Source: a virus (taxonomy: Duplodnaviria > Caudoviricetes). From it: a stretch of DNA of 44,200 nucleotides. A model generated the notes under the pieces. That model made no database searches, was not told where the DNA came from, and was given only the letters and a program-made list of their open reading frames with translations. The stretch is from positions 1 to 44,200 of IMG/VR virus record IMGVR_UViG_3300046717_000073, one strand, 5' to 3'. Below are positions 24,182-34,362 of the stretch, in pieces. Each line of letters opens with the position of its first letter. Positions within the stretch are counted from its first letter, which is position 1. Both the position numbers and the translations under genes were made by a program.

Positions 24182-24778
24182 TTGAGAATATATTATGACT
24201 GCGAATTCTTAGAGGATGGAGAGACCATCCGGTTAATCAGTATCGGAATGGTCAGAGAAGACGGACAATACCTCTATCGTATTGTCAATGATTCACAACT
24301 GATGCTAGATGTATGGAAGCATCCATGGCTCCGGAAAAATGTTATTCCCTCTCTGCCCATCGAATCCGTGTACAGAGAACATGACATCGACAATTCATAC
24401 AGAGAGCTACTGGTATGGGAATCACACCATACTGACTATCCCTGTATAAAACAGAGAAAAACAATCGCAGAAGACGTAAAAAGATTCATCACCGATACAC
24501 CCAATGCTGAACTGTGGGCCTACTATGCCGCATACGACCATGTAGCCCTCTGCCAGCTTTTCGGGCGGATGATCGACTTGCCAAACAGTGTACCCATGCA
24601 TACGATGGATATAAAACAAGAAATCATGCGCCTGGGAAACCCTCGGGTACCAGAACAGGCTGAGGGCCTCCACAACGCTCTATCAGATGCTCAGTGGAAC
24701 AAGGAGACCTATGAGTACTTACAGCAGCTCTACGACCCCTCCAAGCGCCTCAGAGATGCCTTTACGAGAGATCTGTAG
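24182..24778 (+). CDS. DEDDh 3'-5' exoribonuclease (Rv2179c/RNase AS-like)
   Basis: YYDCEF, LISIG, WAYYAAYDHVALCQLFG, HNALSDA. Confidence 0.85.
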   Translation: MRIYYDCEFLEDGETIRLISIGMVREDGQYLYRIVNDSQLMLDVWKHPWLRKNVIPSLPIESVYREHDIDNSYRELLVWESHHTDYPCIKQRKTIAEDVKRFITDTPNAELWAYYAAYDHVALCQLFGRMIDLPNSVPMHTMDIKQEIMRLGNPRVPEQAEGLHNALSDAQWNKETYEYLQQLYDPSKRLRDAFTRDL

Positions 24779-24791
24779 AACAGGAGAGAAA

Positions 24792-24941
24792 ATGAAAGAC
24801 GTAAGACCAATAACCGTACCGGACAAACCAGTAAGAAAATGTCCCAAGTGTACCCTCAGAACCTCTCTTCTGCGCTGTCCGAGTATCTCCTGTAAAGGAG
24901 CCCAGACAATAGTTGATGACGGTTCCATAGCCAAACGATAA
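24792..24941 (+). CDS. Small zinc-ribbon protein
   Basis: CPKC...CPSISC; AGGAG RBS. Confidence 0.55.
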   Translation: MKDVRPITVPDKPVRKCPKCTLRTSLLRCPSISCKGAQTIVDDGSIAKR

Positions 24942-25100
24942 GGAATACTATGGCCAGACCAGCAACAGATCCTAAAACACCTGTATACATATGCAGGAAA
25001 TGCAAGGCAGAAAGTACTAATCCAAACCGGTGTCCCAGACAGGGATGTCAAGGACAGATGACTAAAGTAGAAGATTATAAATAATGGAGATTACTACGTA

Positions 25101-25253
25101 ATGGGCGTATTCGACAGAAAAAAGAAAATGGGAATGACAGTAGTATGCAACGTCTGCGGATATGAAGCAGCTACATCACTGCCCAAGAATGCATTGCTGA
25201 ACAAGTCCTGCACCATGCTCCGATGCAGTGGAACCATGAAAGAAAAGAAGTAA
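25101..25253 (+). CDS. Small zinc-ribbon protein (50 aa, not in ORF track)
   Basis: CNVC...CTMLRC. Confidence 0.5.
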   Translation: MGVFDRKKKMGMTVVCNVCGYEAATSLPKNALLNKSCTMLRCSGTMKEKK

Positions 25254-25297
25254 AAGAAATACCCCCTCTCCTATAAAAAGGATTGGGGGTATTTCTT
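25254..25297. terminator. Bidirectional terminator
   Basis: AAGAAATACCCC...GGGGTATTTCTT between convergent genes. Confidence 0.65.
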
Positions 25298-25328
25298 ATT
25301 CAGCTAACATAGATAACGCTACGCTCGA

Positions 25329-25535
25329 TCAACCAACATAGATGACAATGATGAAACTCATATCACTACTCGCTCCACGAGTTTTCTTCTCCACACCGAC
25401 AGAAACCTTCTTACCAGCCTTTACAGCATTCCGCATAATGTAGTTCTTCTCCTCCGAATAATTATCCTTTACGTATTTCTCAGCCTCTCTTCTCGTACTG
25501 AAAACATGGTCCGTATACACCTTTCGCTGTGCCAT
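25329..25535 (-). CDS. Hypothetical protein
   Basis: 68 aa basic ORF. Confidence 0.55.
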   Translation of the reverse strand: MAQRKVYTDHVFSTRREAEKYVKDNYSEEKNYIMRNAVKAGKKVSVGVEKKTRGASSDMSFIIVIYVG

Positions 25536-25580
25536 AGACTGACCCTAACACACCAACCAACCAAAGAGCAAGGAATTTAA

Positions 25581-25883
25581 ATGTGCGGAATGTGCCCAGA
25601 CTACGTAGACACCTGTTATATCTGTCCACCCCTGTTCCACAAATCCAAGGGCTATCCAGTGCACCCTTCCTGGTACCTGTCTCTTACAGAGGACACCTTC
25701 TGTGAACACCTGACAAAGGAACATGGAACCAGCAATCCAGGCCTTTACAAACATATTCAATGGGAACACGATACAGAATCAGATACACCAGAAATATGTG
25801 ACGACGAATGCATAAAGAACGGATGGTACAAGGAAGAAGAGATACTGAGTGCAATAAAAGCCTATAACTCAAATTCAGAATAG
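25581..25883 (+). CDS. Cys/His-rich hypothetical protein
   Basis: 100 aa, AAGGA RBS. Confidence 0.55.
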   Translation: MCGMCPDYVDTCYICPPLFHKSKGYPVHPSWYLSLTEDTFCEHLTKEHGTSNPGLYKHIQWEHDTESDTPEICDDECIKNGWYKEEEILSAIKAYNSNSE

Positions 25884-25959
25884 ATACTGTATATAAATAA
25901 AAGGCCATATTCGTAAATCAAATAGATACTGTATACAGAAAAGAATGCATATTCGTAAA
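25879..25959 (+). repeat. Two imperfect direct repeats, 42-bp period
   Basis: AATAGATACTGTATA-N12-CATATTCGTAAA twice. Confidence 0.75.
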
Positions 25960-26397
25960 AATGATCGGGCCTGCCCCTTTTATCCATATATGTCGTTAAA
26001 GGTACCCCCTTCCCTATATAGCCCTAATGCACTATCCATCCTGTATGCACTCAATGCCCTTAATGTCCGAATTCATACTTCATTGTCCGAATTGGGAGTG
26101 ATAGCCCTTGTGTGCCCTATGGAGCATCTATCCTGGTATGAACTATCCGTACCGTATGTATATTATGCAATAGTTACAGAGAGTTTGTATCATATTAACT
26201 GCTATTGTCCTATATCACAATGTGTAATGGCTGATTACTCTAAATCAACAGTGAATTGGATACATGTATTCAGGAATTGGGAATATGAATGGATTATGAA
26301 TAGCCTGAGATAAGAGGGAATTCGATATCAGAGTAGTTGATATTGTATTGAGGGGCTCTATATGCCTGTGTAAGGGTATAAGAGCCCCTCAGTGTGC

Positions 26398-26871
26398 TTA
26401 GACCCCAGTGAGGTAGTCAAAGGCTCTTAGACAGGCATATGGGCTGTCTCTCAGGTAGCCTAAAGCTGTATTGCACAGTCGGCAGAGCAGTCCTCTTACA
26501 CATTTGCCACAGGATTGTTTATCAGCACAGCATGAATGATCGTGGTCTATGTGTGGTGGGCTGTTCTTAGTGAATAGCTCATTACATATAGGGCATGCAT
26601 AGTTACATGTATCCAGCATAAGCAGATAGTCATACCAGGTGAGGTTATACAGTGTGTTTAGTCTATGCGTCTTGGCTATGAATGACTGCTCCCGTTTCTC
26701 ATTCTTTCCGCGCGCCATTTTTGGGGGAGTAATAGGCATTGGTATTGGGGTTGTTGATATATCCCGTATACATCTGTATTCAGCATCCCTCTTTATGACA
26801 GTGACAATGCCATTACACGCTAAGCAATAGCCTTGCATTGTTTTCTTTGAGTAATTACGTAGTATGTGCAT
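26398..26871 (-). CDS. Recombination endonuclease VII-like nuclease
   Basis: CPIC...HIDHDHSCC...CVRGLLCRLCNTALG. Confidence 0.85.
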   Translation of the reverse strand: MHILRNYSKKTMQGYCLACNGIVTVIKRDAEYRCIRDISTTPIPMPITPPKMARGKNEKREQSFIAKTHRLNTLYNLTWYDYLLMLDTCNYACPICNELFTKNSPPHIDHDHSCCADKQSCGKCVRGLLCRLCNTALGYLRDSPYACLRAFDYLTGV

Positions 26872-27278
26872 GGAGTTAACCTACCATCTGTCAAGAGCTA
26901 TGACCAAACCTTTGTAATCTGATCCCCCATCATATGTCACTCTCTGTGAAATCGCTCTCTAAGAGCCTGCCAGGAAGGGAGTGGAGTGATGGGATGGTCA
27001 TAGATATTGGATCTTGTTAGAGAGGCATACAGAGCTTCTATGCCTATACTCTCCAGTACTCTTGACATCCTTGGTCCTCTCTGTTCCCCCCAAAATTTCC
27101 CCGCGAATTGATCTTTCCTTGGTGAGAGTGATGTGTCCTGATGTGTCCGTTATGGGTATACGTCTTGGTCTTGGTTCAGTAAAGCCTTGGTATGGATCAT
27201 GGTCCCGATTGGACAGAAAGCCCTGATGGGAGGAGAGTCCTACTAACGCGCAGGAATGACACGACAGAGGAGCACCCC

Positions 27279-28412
27279 ATGACAACGGTCTACCTGGTCA
27301 CCACGAACGGCATTCAGCACCTGAAGACGCACACGAGCAAGGCGACTGCCCTTAAGGCAGCAGAGGCCATGCGTGAGAGTGCTGAGGGCATGACGGGACG
27401 GAACATCATCACGGTGACCACTGAGAAGACTGGCAAAGAGGTCTACCGCTGGGAGTCGGCAGAGATGGTTGAGGTTGTGGGTGAGTACGTGGAGGCAGAA
27501 GACGCACACGCTCACATTGCAGAGCAGACGGCATGGATGACTCAGGAAGGTGTCTGTATGGGCTTGTGTGCCGTTGGCACGGGTTGCACGCACTGTGATG
27601 AGCAGTACGGGGAGAACGAGCCGCAGACGGACATTGAGAGCGTTCATGACGTGAGTGGCGTAGTGCTTCAGACACGTCAGAAGAGTGCATGTGGTCACTG
27701 GACCGGACTCCTGTCTCCTGAGGGCATCTGCACCCGTTGCCCCAACGTCAATGAGATGATCACTGAGATCCTTGAGAGTGAAGGAGAGGACTACGTGTAC
27801 AACCCCATGACTGAGACTGTCTGTGTCATTCAGGAGATCCCTGGCACCAATGGCAATATGCACTATCACACTCCGGGATGCCGTGACATTCAGCGTGAGG
27901 CCAAGCGTCATGGTCAGAGTGAGAATGATGTATTCGCAGGTGGTTTTCTTTCCGTCGCAGATATCCTTTCCCACGAATACGGGGATGTCTGCAATGGTGA
28001 TGCAGAGGGCATTGTGTGTGAGGCGAATTCCGAGGACTTCGGTGTTCGTATCATGCCGTGCCTGGATATCCCCTTTGGGGAATTGAACGGTATTCCCCTG
28101 GCCATTCGTAATGGGGAATTCATCCTTGCCCCTACAGAGGTACGTGAAGAGGGATGCGAGCACGGAGCCATCAACGGCCCTTGCTGTGACATTGAGAATG
28201 ACGTCCCCATGGTCGAAATGGAGTTCTACCTGAGTGTTGAAGTGGAGACAGGTGTCACTGTGGATCTTGGATGGCACACCTTCAATGGCGGAGTTCCTGC
28301 CACCTGGGACAATGCTTTGATCGCTGATCTCTACGGCACTCGCCATGGTTCGGGCAATCCCAAGGGTGGTTGGTCCTCCATCATCCGAGTCATTGACTTC
28401 GCTGCCCTCTAG
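27279..28412 (+). CDS. Acidic Cys/His-rich hypothetical protein
   Basis: Start MTTVYLV after GAGGAG. Confidence 0.75.
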   Translation: MTTVYLVTTNGIQHLKTHTSKATALKAAEAMRESAEGMTGRNIITVTTEKTGKEVYRWESAEMVEVVGEYVEAEDAHAHIAEQTAWMTQEGVCMGLCAVGTGCTHCDEQYGENEPQTDIESVHDVSGVVLQTRQKSACGHWTGLLSPEGICTRCPNVNEMITEILESEGEDYVYNPMTETVCVIQEIPGTNGNMHYHTPGCRDIQREAKRHGQSENDVFAGGFLSVADILSHEYGDVCNGDAEGIVCEANSEDFGVRIMPCLDIPFGELNGIPLAIRNGEFILAPTEVREEGCEHGAINGPCCDIENDVPMVEMEFYLSVEVETGVTVDLGWHTFNGGVPATWDNALIADLYGTRHGSGNPKGGWSSIIRVIDFAAL

Positions 28413-28514
28413 AACGCACAGAATGGCACCTAGGACGCTCTTACAGACTCTAGGTGCCTCCCTGGTCCACCTCACTCAAACGATCTCGTTATACAGCCAC
28501 TGAGAGGTTTCACA

Positions 28515-29906
28515 GTGAAGATCACAACAGGCGCCAGGCTTCATGGCTCAGTGCGTCACGTCATCGTCAGTGATCGCGTCACCGCATGTGGACGTATGGT
28601 CATCGCGGGCATGGGTGAGGGATTCAGGTTCTGCAAGACCTGCGTCAAGGTCAACAGTGAGGCACGCATGATCAGTGACATTGAGCGCAAGACAGCACGG
28701 GACATACGCATTCAGGAGACGCTCACTGTTCCCACTGAGGAATTCAGTACGTGGGAATGGAGCCTTTCCAGGGATGAACTGGAATTGACTCTTGAGAAGA
28801 TTGAGAAGATCAATACGCGTTGTGCCAAGCGTGGTATTCCTGGTGGATTGACTGTCGAATACTCCGAAATAGTTGAGATTCAGAACAATTTCGGAGTCAA
28901 GATCGAAAAGGTCAGCTATTTGACCAGGATCACAGGTGTTGCCCCCAAGCTTCCCGGCTGGTCATTCATTGCCACACTGGACTATGACGAGCACGCTGGT
29001 CTGATTGTCCGTGGCTATCCCGGCGCTGCCCCTGTGGACCGCACAGAGCTTCGTGAGGGATGGTGTGACCACTGCCAGACCAACCGTCTGCGCCATGTCA
29101 CCTACGTCATGCGCAATGACGAGACAGGTGAGCAAGTTCAGGTCGGCTCTTCCTGTATCAAAGACTTCACAGGATGGACTGCACTCCCTTACACGAATGC
29201 TGACAAGGATGTTGAGGCATTCTCAGGTGGCTTTGGCAATGGCCCCAAGGATGTCACTGTCCTGAGTGCGCTGGCTATCTCATGGGCGTGTGTCACTGAG
29301 TACGGTTTCAAGCGGTCGAATGACCAGGGAGCCACTAAGGGAATGGTCATGGATGTTATCGATCCTCCCCAGCTTTCCAAGCACAATGCGGATTACCTCG
29401 CTGAATTGCAGCGCATTTCCAAGCACAGTGAGGAAATGTATGTGAAGGCTGAGGAATTGAGGGAATTCATTCTTTCCGACAATTTCTCTGGCCCTGGTGA
29501 TTACGTCGTCAATATGAAGAGTGTTGTCGGTGCTGAAAAGGTTTCATTCAAGAATCTGGGATTGCTGGCAAGTGCTCCTCAGGCTTGGGCACGATTCCTT
29601 GAGACCACTTTCATTAAGAAGGTAGAAAAGCAGGAATCCCCCAGTAAGCACGTAGGCGCTGTAAAGGAACGGCTCACCCTCACGCTCACCGTTGAGTCTG
29701 TCAAGTTCATTGATGGGGATTACGGATGTTCTAGCCTGTACCGCATGCTTGACGTCGAGGGCAACGTGTTCAAGTGGTTCTCTTCCAGCGGCATCCTTGA
29801 CGACAAGATCAGTGAGACTGTTGAGCTTGTCGGCACGGTCAAGGCCCATGGTGAATGGAAGGGTGTCGCTGAGACTTCCCTGACTCGCTGCAAGTTGGTC
29901 AAGTAA
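28515..29906 (+). CDS. Hypothetical protein with zinc motif and C-terminal OB-fold-like domain
   Basis: CDHC...QVGSSC; VGAVKERL...GNVFKWFSS...GTVKAH...TSLTRCK. Confidence 0.75.
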   Translation: MKITTGARLHGSVRHVIVSDRVTACGRMVIAGMGEGFRFCKTCVKVNSEARMISDIERKTARDIRIQETLTVPTEEFSTWEWSLSRDELELTLEKIEKINTRCAKRGIPGGLTVEYSEIVEIQNNFGVKIEKVSYLTRITGVAPKLPGWSFIATLDYDEHAGLIVRGYPGAAPVDRTELREGWCDHCQTNRLRHVTYVMRNDETGEQVQVGSSCIKDFTGWTALPYTNADKDVEAFSGGFGNGPKDVTVLSALAISWACVTEYGFKRSNDQGATKGMVMDVIDPPQLSKHNADYLAELQRISKHSEEMYVKAEELREFILSDNFSGPGDYVVNMKSVVGAEKVSFKNLGLLASAPQAWARFLETTFIKKVEKQESPSKHVGAVKERLTLTLTVESVKFIDGDYGCSSLYRMLDVEGNVFKWFSSSGILDDKISETVELVGTVKAHGEWKGVAETSLTRCKLVK

Positions 29907-29997
29907 GCTCTAGAGGGTGCCTAGGACAGCCTAGGAGTAGTCTTGGGCACCCTTTCCCCACTGACCCTAAACGATCTCTTCAGAGAGGCGTACAGCA

Positions 29998-30195
29998 ATG
30001 ATCCTCAAAGGATTCTTCAAGTGCCCATGTGGCAAGATCCATACGCATGGTGGCCTGTCTCCTTCCTCCGTCTGTCCGCAATGCGGGAGAGAGCTGTACA
30101 CGCTTGCTCTTACGGGCATTCAGTCCGTGACTGTCCGGGAACACATCGGTATCCGTGAGATAGCTGCGAAGATCACAAAGGAAATGGAGTTCTGA
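29998..30195 (+). CDS. Small zinc-ribbon protein
   Basis: CPCG...CPQCG. Confidence 0.55.
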   Translation: MILKGFFKCPCGKIHTHGGLSPSSVCPQCGRELYTLALTGIQSVTVREHIGIREIAAKITKEMEF

Positions 30196-30196
30196 A

Positions 30197-30502
30197 ATGC
30201 AGCAAGCACTGTTCGAGATAGAGCACGTCCACACGTACGAGACATTCCACGGGCCTATCAAGACCAATGAAGTAATCCAGACCTCTTATCGTGGTGCTAG
30301 GTGGTGCTGGACATGCTCTGACGGCTGGATTGATTTGTCTCCTGAAGAGGAGGCAGCATTTTATGCCCGCGAGATCAAGAAAGGGAACAAGACTCGGAAA
30401 GAATGCATTGACCAATGCTGCTATTGGCGCAAGACGACATTCCATGAAGCGCTATTGGCTATTGATATAGCTATCGGAAATCTGAATGAAGGAGTGAAGT
30501 AA
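30197..30502 (+). CDS. Hypothetical protein
   Basis: 101 aa, GGAG RBS. Confidence 0.6.
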   Translation: MQQALFEIEHVHTYETFHGPIKTNEVIQTSYRGARWCWTCSDGWIDLSPEEEAAFYAREIKKGNKTRKECIDQCCYWRKTTFHEALLAIDIAIGNLNEGVK

Positions 30503-30612
30503 TGCATATCTTCCACAAGTGGGGTAAGTGGATTACACAGCCATATGGAATTGTCCAGGAAAGGGAGTGCACTGTTTGTGGTAAGCGGAAGAGACGAGTG
30601 ATCTACTAGGGC

Positions 30613-30642
30613 TTGACAGCCCTACCTGAAGTTTGGTAGGTT
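30613..30642 (+). promoter_or_regulatory. HrdB-type promoter
   Basis: TTGACA-N18-TAGGTT. Confidence 0.6.
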
Positions 30643-30678
30643 CTGGTACGTCGAAGCGCTACCGTAAATTCTTATACG

Positions 30679-30733
30679 GCTCTTGACCAGACATTATCTA
30701 TATGTATCTTATATAGTCTGTCTGGTCAAGAGC
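30679..30733. repeat. 15-bp perfect inverted repeat next to an AT-rich tract
   Basis: GCTCTTGACCAGACA...TGTCTGGTCAAGAGC. Confidence 0.75.
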
Positions 30734-31032
30734 TGACGCTCTCCCTCTAAGACAATTAGTCTCTCTATAGATCTTCGATCTAATAATAAGTAACTAGTAT
30801 TTAACTGTAAATATAGTAAATAAACTATATAGATAAGTAGTAGGTATTATTCTCTTTGGAAAGTAAGAATTATCAATACAGAAATATAAGTAATTATGAA
30901 TAAACCAAAGAGATGTAAATCTATAAGATTTGTAAGATGGATTCCTAAAAGATGTATGTATTCTTTTGGACACAAGCATTTGCATTACGGTTCTGGTGGT
31001 TTCTTCTGGAAAGTAGTAATTAAGGAGATGTA

Positions 31033-31347
31033 ATGTTCATAGGTTTCATATTTATTATCATTGGTGTAATGATTTGTTTCTATGGACTTATAAGGGGAAC
31101 TATTAGACTGAAAGTCGGAGAGAACAGAGGAAGGGTAACCAATTTCTGGGCAATGCTTGGTTGGTCCTCTGAGCTGATAGGCTCAGTACTCCAACACACT
31201 GGGTGGGCTTACGTCTCCGCCTTTTTCCTGGCTCTCTCTATCTACTTCTGGTGGAATTCAGGTGGTGGAGACGGTATGAAGACCAAGATCAAGAACTTCG
31301 TACAAAAGATCACTCCTCAACCCCTTGTCCTGGCCCGCATCACCTGA
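31033..31347 (+). CDS. Membrane protein
   Basis: Three hydrophobic segments, AAGGAG RBS. Confidence 0.7.
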   Translation: MFIGFIFIIIGVMICFYGLIRGTIRLKVGENRGRVTNFWAMLGWSSELIGSVLQHTGWAYVSAFFLALSIYFWWNSGGGDGMKTKIKNFVQKITPQPLVLARIT

Positions 31348-31372
31348 TAGGTTCCTTCTAGGAGGTAACACA

Positions 31373-31615
31373 ATGCCAACTCTTGGTGAGACACCTGTAC
31401 CGCTGATCTTGACAAGAGATCAAGTTCGCTTGGTTCGTGGCATGATTGCCACAACTGCCATTCAGGGCGAATTGATTCCCTGTTTCCAGGAATTGAAGGA
31501 CATTCTTGATCTGGCAGAAACTCAGGCTACTATAGCCAGTGTAAATCCCTGCCCATATCCCAATCTCACTCATACACGTGCCTGGTGTGGCTACGACAAT
31601 TGCAGGGAGAATTAA
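31373..31615 (+). CDS. Hypothetical protein
   Basis: AGGAGG RBS, MPTLGETP. Confidence 0.65.
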   Translation: MPTLGETPVPLILTRDQVRLVRGMIATTAIQGELIPCFQELKDILDLAETQATIASVNPCPYPNLTHTRAWCGYDNCREN

Positions 31616-31616
31616 A

Positions 31617-31835
31617 ATGGCTGGTAGGCCTAAGGACATCTGGCTTGCTCTGGTAGGACGTACAGGGCTCACAATGCTCTCTGAGGGCATGAGAGTTCAA
31701 GTACGCATCTCCCTTGCCAAATTCCCTGGCAGGGATGTACATTTGAACCTGACGGTTGCTGATGCCCGTAAATGGGCTGATGCACTCAACCACTATGCAG
31801 ACAAGATGGACAGAGAATACAGTGAACAAGAATAA
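31617..31835 (+). CDS. Hypothetical protein
   Basis: MAGRPKD..., operon packing. Confidence 0.55.
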   Translation: MAGRPKDIWLALVGRTGLTMLSEGMRVQVRISLAKFPGRDVHLNLTVADARKWADALNHYADKMDREYSEQE

Positions 31836-32037
31836 CGGGCTTCCATCTGTTCCCGCGCCTTTTCCTGGCAGTGTGGTGGATAAACTGCCCAGCCTTGAAA
31901 GACTCAACATAGCGCACGTTCGTGCTCTTATGCGTGCCCTGGAACGAGATGCTGAAACACTGGAGATTGTTCCTACGGCTCTCCGCGAGGCTTACCGTAT
32001 TCTCTGTGAAGCTGATCTCGATGCGAAAGGATTCTGA
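31822..32037 (+). CDS. Hypothetical protein
   Basis: GTG start overlapping the upstream gene. Confidence 0.5.
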   Translation: MNKNNGLPSVPAPFPGSVVDKLPSLERLNIAHVRALMRALERDAETLEIVPTALREAYRILCEADLDAKGF

Positions 32038-32038
32038 T

Positions 32039-32392
32039 ATGTCTCTGGCCAACCCTGACCGTGTAAAGATGTGCTCCAAGCATCATGTACACGCTGAGGG
32101 AAAGTGCAGTACCGAATATCCCTCAAAGCCTCTGAGTGCCTCTCTAACGCCCTCTGAGCCATCGGAGGCACAGGAACCTACCTACGCCCTTACAGGGCTG
32201 TCATACGAAGACGTAAGCACCTGTTTGAGGGCTCTTGCCAACTATGGTGAGCTGTATCAACCTGGTAACACCACAGCAGACAGGGTTGAGAGCATCATGG
32301 AACAACTGAATAAGTTGAGTCCTGTACATGATGAGTACGAGTGCATGCACTACGACGATGGTTGTCGTTGTCAGTGTTCAGACTGTAAGTAG
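32039..32392 (+). CDS. Hypothetical protein
   Basis: MSLANPD... after AAAGGA. Confidence 0.6.
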   Translation: MSLANPDRVKMCSKHHVHAEGKCSTEYPSKPLSASLTPSEPSEAQEPTYALTGLSYEDVSTCLRALANYGELYQPGNTTADRVESIMEQLNKLSPVHDEYECMHYDDGCRCQCSDCK

Positions 32393-32807
32393 ATCAAGGA
32401 AGTCCCATGTCAGAGATGATGTGGGACTCTTCTTGTGTCAGGGGTTGCGTTGAGGGTTCAGGGCATGTAGTGTTCTGGTTGTCAGCAAGGAACACCGCAG
32501 ACAAAGAGGTAAGAGAATGTTTCGTCTGATTGTCCGATGGATGCTCACACGACACGACGTAAGTTGGAATGATCCGCGTTGTGGCTGTCCTCGGTCCCCT
32601 GATGTACCGTTCTTGTCCCCGTGTCCTGAGCATGGAAAGCAGTAGAGATGGAAATCTCTAAAGAAGAAATGGAACGTCGGTTGGCTTTCCATGAAAAGCG
32701 TATGAATGACCTGAGTCTGAAGTCTGATTACGCTGACTACTGGCGTGAAAAGTCAGTCGTACTGTACTGGCACTATCTTGACCTTCTGACGAAGTAAAGA
32801 GGTAGAG

Positions 32808-33110
32808 ATGAACATTGTTTACCAGAACAAGGCAGACCACGCGTTTACCTACATAGTTGAGTGTGAGGTAGACGATTTCCTCATAGACGGAACTACCATC
32901 TCCGATGCGGTTGCGCAGACCATTGCATCATGGTGGCATTCGCCCGGTTCGCCGCTTTCAACCGTCCTCAGTACCATGGGTGCAGTCACGGATGACATGA
33001 ACATTCGGGACTTTGCTTCTCCGCGTGAGTATGCAGATTCAGACTTCAGTCAGAGGCTTGAACTTGACGCGCTGGAAGCCTATATTGAGGCCAAGCAAGG
33101 AAAGAGGTAG
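32808..33110 (+). CDS. Hypothetical protein
   Basis: 100 aa, GAGGT RBS. Confidence 0.7.
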   Translation: MNIVYQNKADHAFTYIVECEVDDFLIDGTTISDAVAQTIASWWHSPGSPLSTVLSTMGAVTDDMNIRDFASPREYADSDFSQRLELDALEAYIEAKQGKR

Positions 33111-33112
33111 AC

Positions 33113-33385
33113 ATGGACAGAGCAACTCTTGAACATGCCATAGTCAACTATGACGATCATGACCAATTCGCATGGGTGCAGGAATGGCGCTTTGCCATCT
33201 GTGACCGACTGGTGTGGGACATGGGAGAATCTGTCAAGGACTTCAAGTCATACGGTCCTGATGACGACTCATACGCCCTTGCGTATCTTCGGGACATGAA
33301 CGACAGTGCTGAGGAACTGCACTACGCTCTGAAGATCCTCGACAGGTACCGTGTGTGGCTGCGACTGGCAGAGAAAGATTACTGA
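33113..33385 (+). CDS. Hypothetical protein
   Basis: 90 aa, GAGGT RBS. Confidence 0.7.
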   Translation: MDRATLEHAIVNYDDHDQFAWVQEWRFAICDRLVWDMGESVKDFKSYGPDDDSYALAYLRDMNDSAEELHYALKILDRYRVWLRLAEKDY

Positions 33386-33386
33386 G

Positions 33387-33441
33387 CTAGAGGGATTGCA
33401 TCACCCTGGAACCTGTGTCTAGGATGGTGTTGTCTTCCTAA
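33387..33441 (+). promoter_or_regulatory. Conserved intergenic hairpin element
   Basis: TAG-AGGGA-TT-GCATCA...TGGTGT-TG-TCTTC-CTA. Confidence 0.65.
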
Positions 33442-33798
33442 CCAGGAAGCAAAACAGGAGGTAATACCATGGCTGTTCGTCGTGACAAGGTGTGGGGCAT
33501 CACCGTTGGTACGAACAAGAACGAGCGTGTTGTACTTTGGGAGGACAACACCATGGAACGCTTCTCGCACGCTGAGTTCGCCAAGCTTTTCGGCTAGAAT
33601 TCCTTAGTTGATTGAGCTTTCCGCATAAGAATACGTAAGCCTTGTGGGTTTATAGCTTATGCGGATTACTCCACCAATTAAGGGAGAAACAATGAATCCG
33701 TTTGAAATTGCCGGAATTGCTGTCGGATCGATCGTCATTCTCATGGGTGTATCCTTCGCAATGTGGCTGTTCATCGTCAAGAAGATTATGAACATCTT

Positions 33799-33849
33799 CT
33801 AGATGCATTGCATCCTATGCACGATGTGTGTAGGGTGTTGTCCACCTAG
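33799..33849 (+). promoter_or_regulatory. Conserved intergenic hairpin element
   Basis: TAG-ATGCA-TT-GCATCC...GGGTGT-TG-TCCAC-CTA. Confidence 0.65.
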
Positions 33850-33866
33850 AGACAATAGGAGCAGAA

Positions 33867-34268
33867 ATGATCGAGCTTACTGAGGAAAACGTTCTCGATG
33901 CCCTTGAAAAGGCGGTTGAGGAAAAGGGCGAGGATTTCATTTACGTCAACAATGAGGGGCATTCTTCCCGTAACAAGTTTGGTGAGACTGCCGCAATCAT
34001 GTGTCACTACGTACACTATGACGATGGAACGCCCATTGCAGGATGCATTGCGGGAAACGTACTGAATCGTCTTGGTGTCTCTCTTGACGCTCTGTCAGAT
34101 TATGAGACACAGCCGATTAAGACTGTTCTCATCAATCTTACGGATGCTGAAGAGGTGACGTTCGATTCCAAGGTTTCGCTGCTGCTGTCCAATGCCCAGT
34201 GTGCGCAGGATGGCGGTCAGACTTGGGGTGACGCACTCAAGGCCGCAAAGAACGCTCTTTCTGAGTAG
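33867..34268 (+). CDS. Hypothetical phage protein
   Basis: 133 aa, AGGAG RBS. Confidence 0.75.
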   Translation: MIELTEENVLDALEKAVEEKGEDFIYVNNEGHSSRNKFGETAAIMCHYVHYDDGTPIAGCIAGNVLNRLGVSLDALSDYETQPIKTVLINLTDAEEVTFDSKVSLLLSNAQCAQDGGQTWGDALKAAKNALSE

Positions 34269-34320
34269 TTGACTTGCATCGCCCCTAGACAGTGCGCTAG
34301 GGTCGGTGTTGTTCACCTAG
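34266..34320 (+). promoter_or_regulatory. Conserved intergenic hairpin element
   Basis: TAG-TTGAC-TT-GCATCG...CGGTGT-TG-TTCAC-CTA. Confidence 0.65.
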
Positions 34321-34362
34321 TCAGTGGTGAAAGATCTACGATGGCCTCACAAGGAGTAAAAA

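Noticed and set aside
25945-26313. 122-aa + strand ORF
   Set aside because: No RBS, begins inside a repeat, composition unlike neighbouring genes
27243-28475. 410-aa ORF on the - strand
   Set aside because: Antisense shadow of the RBS-supported + strand gene; no motif or RBS
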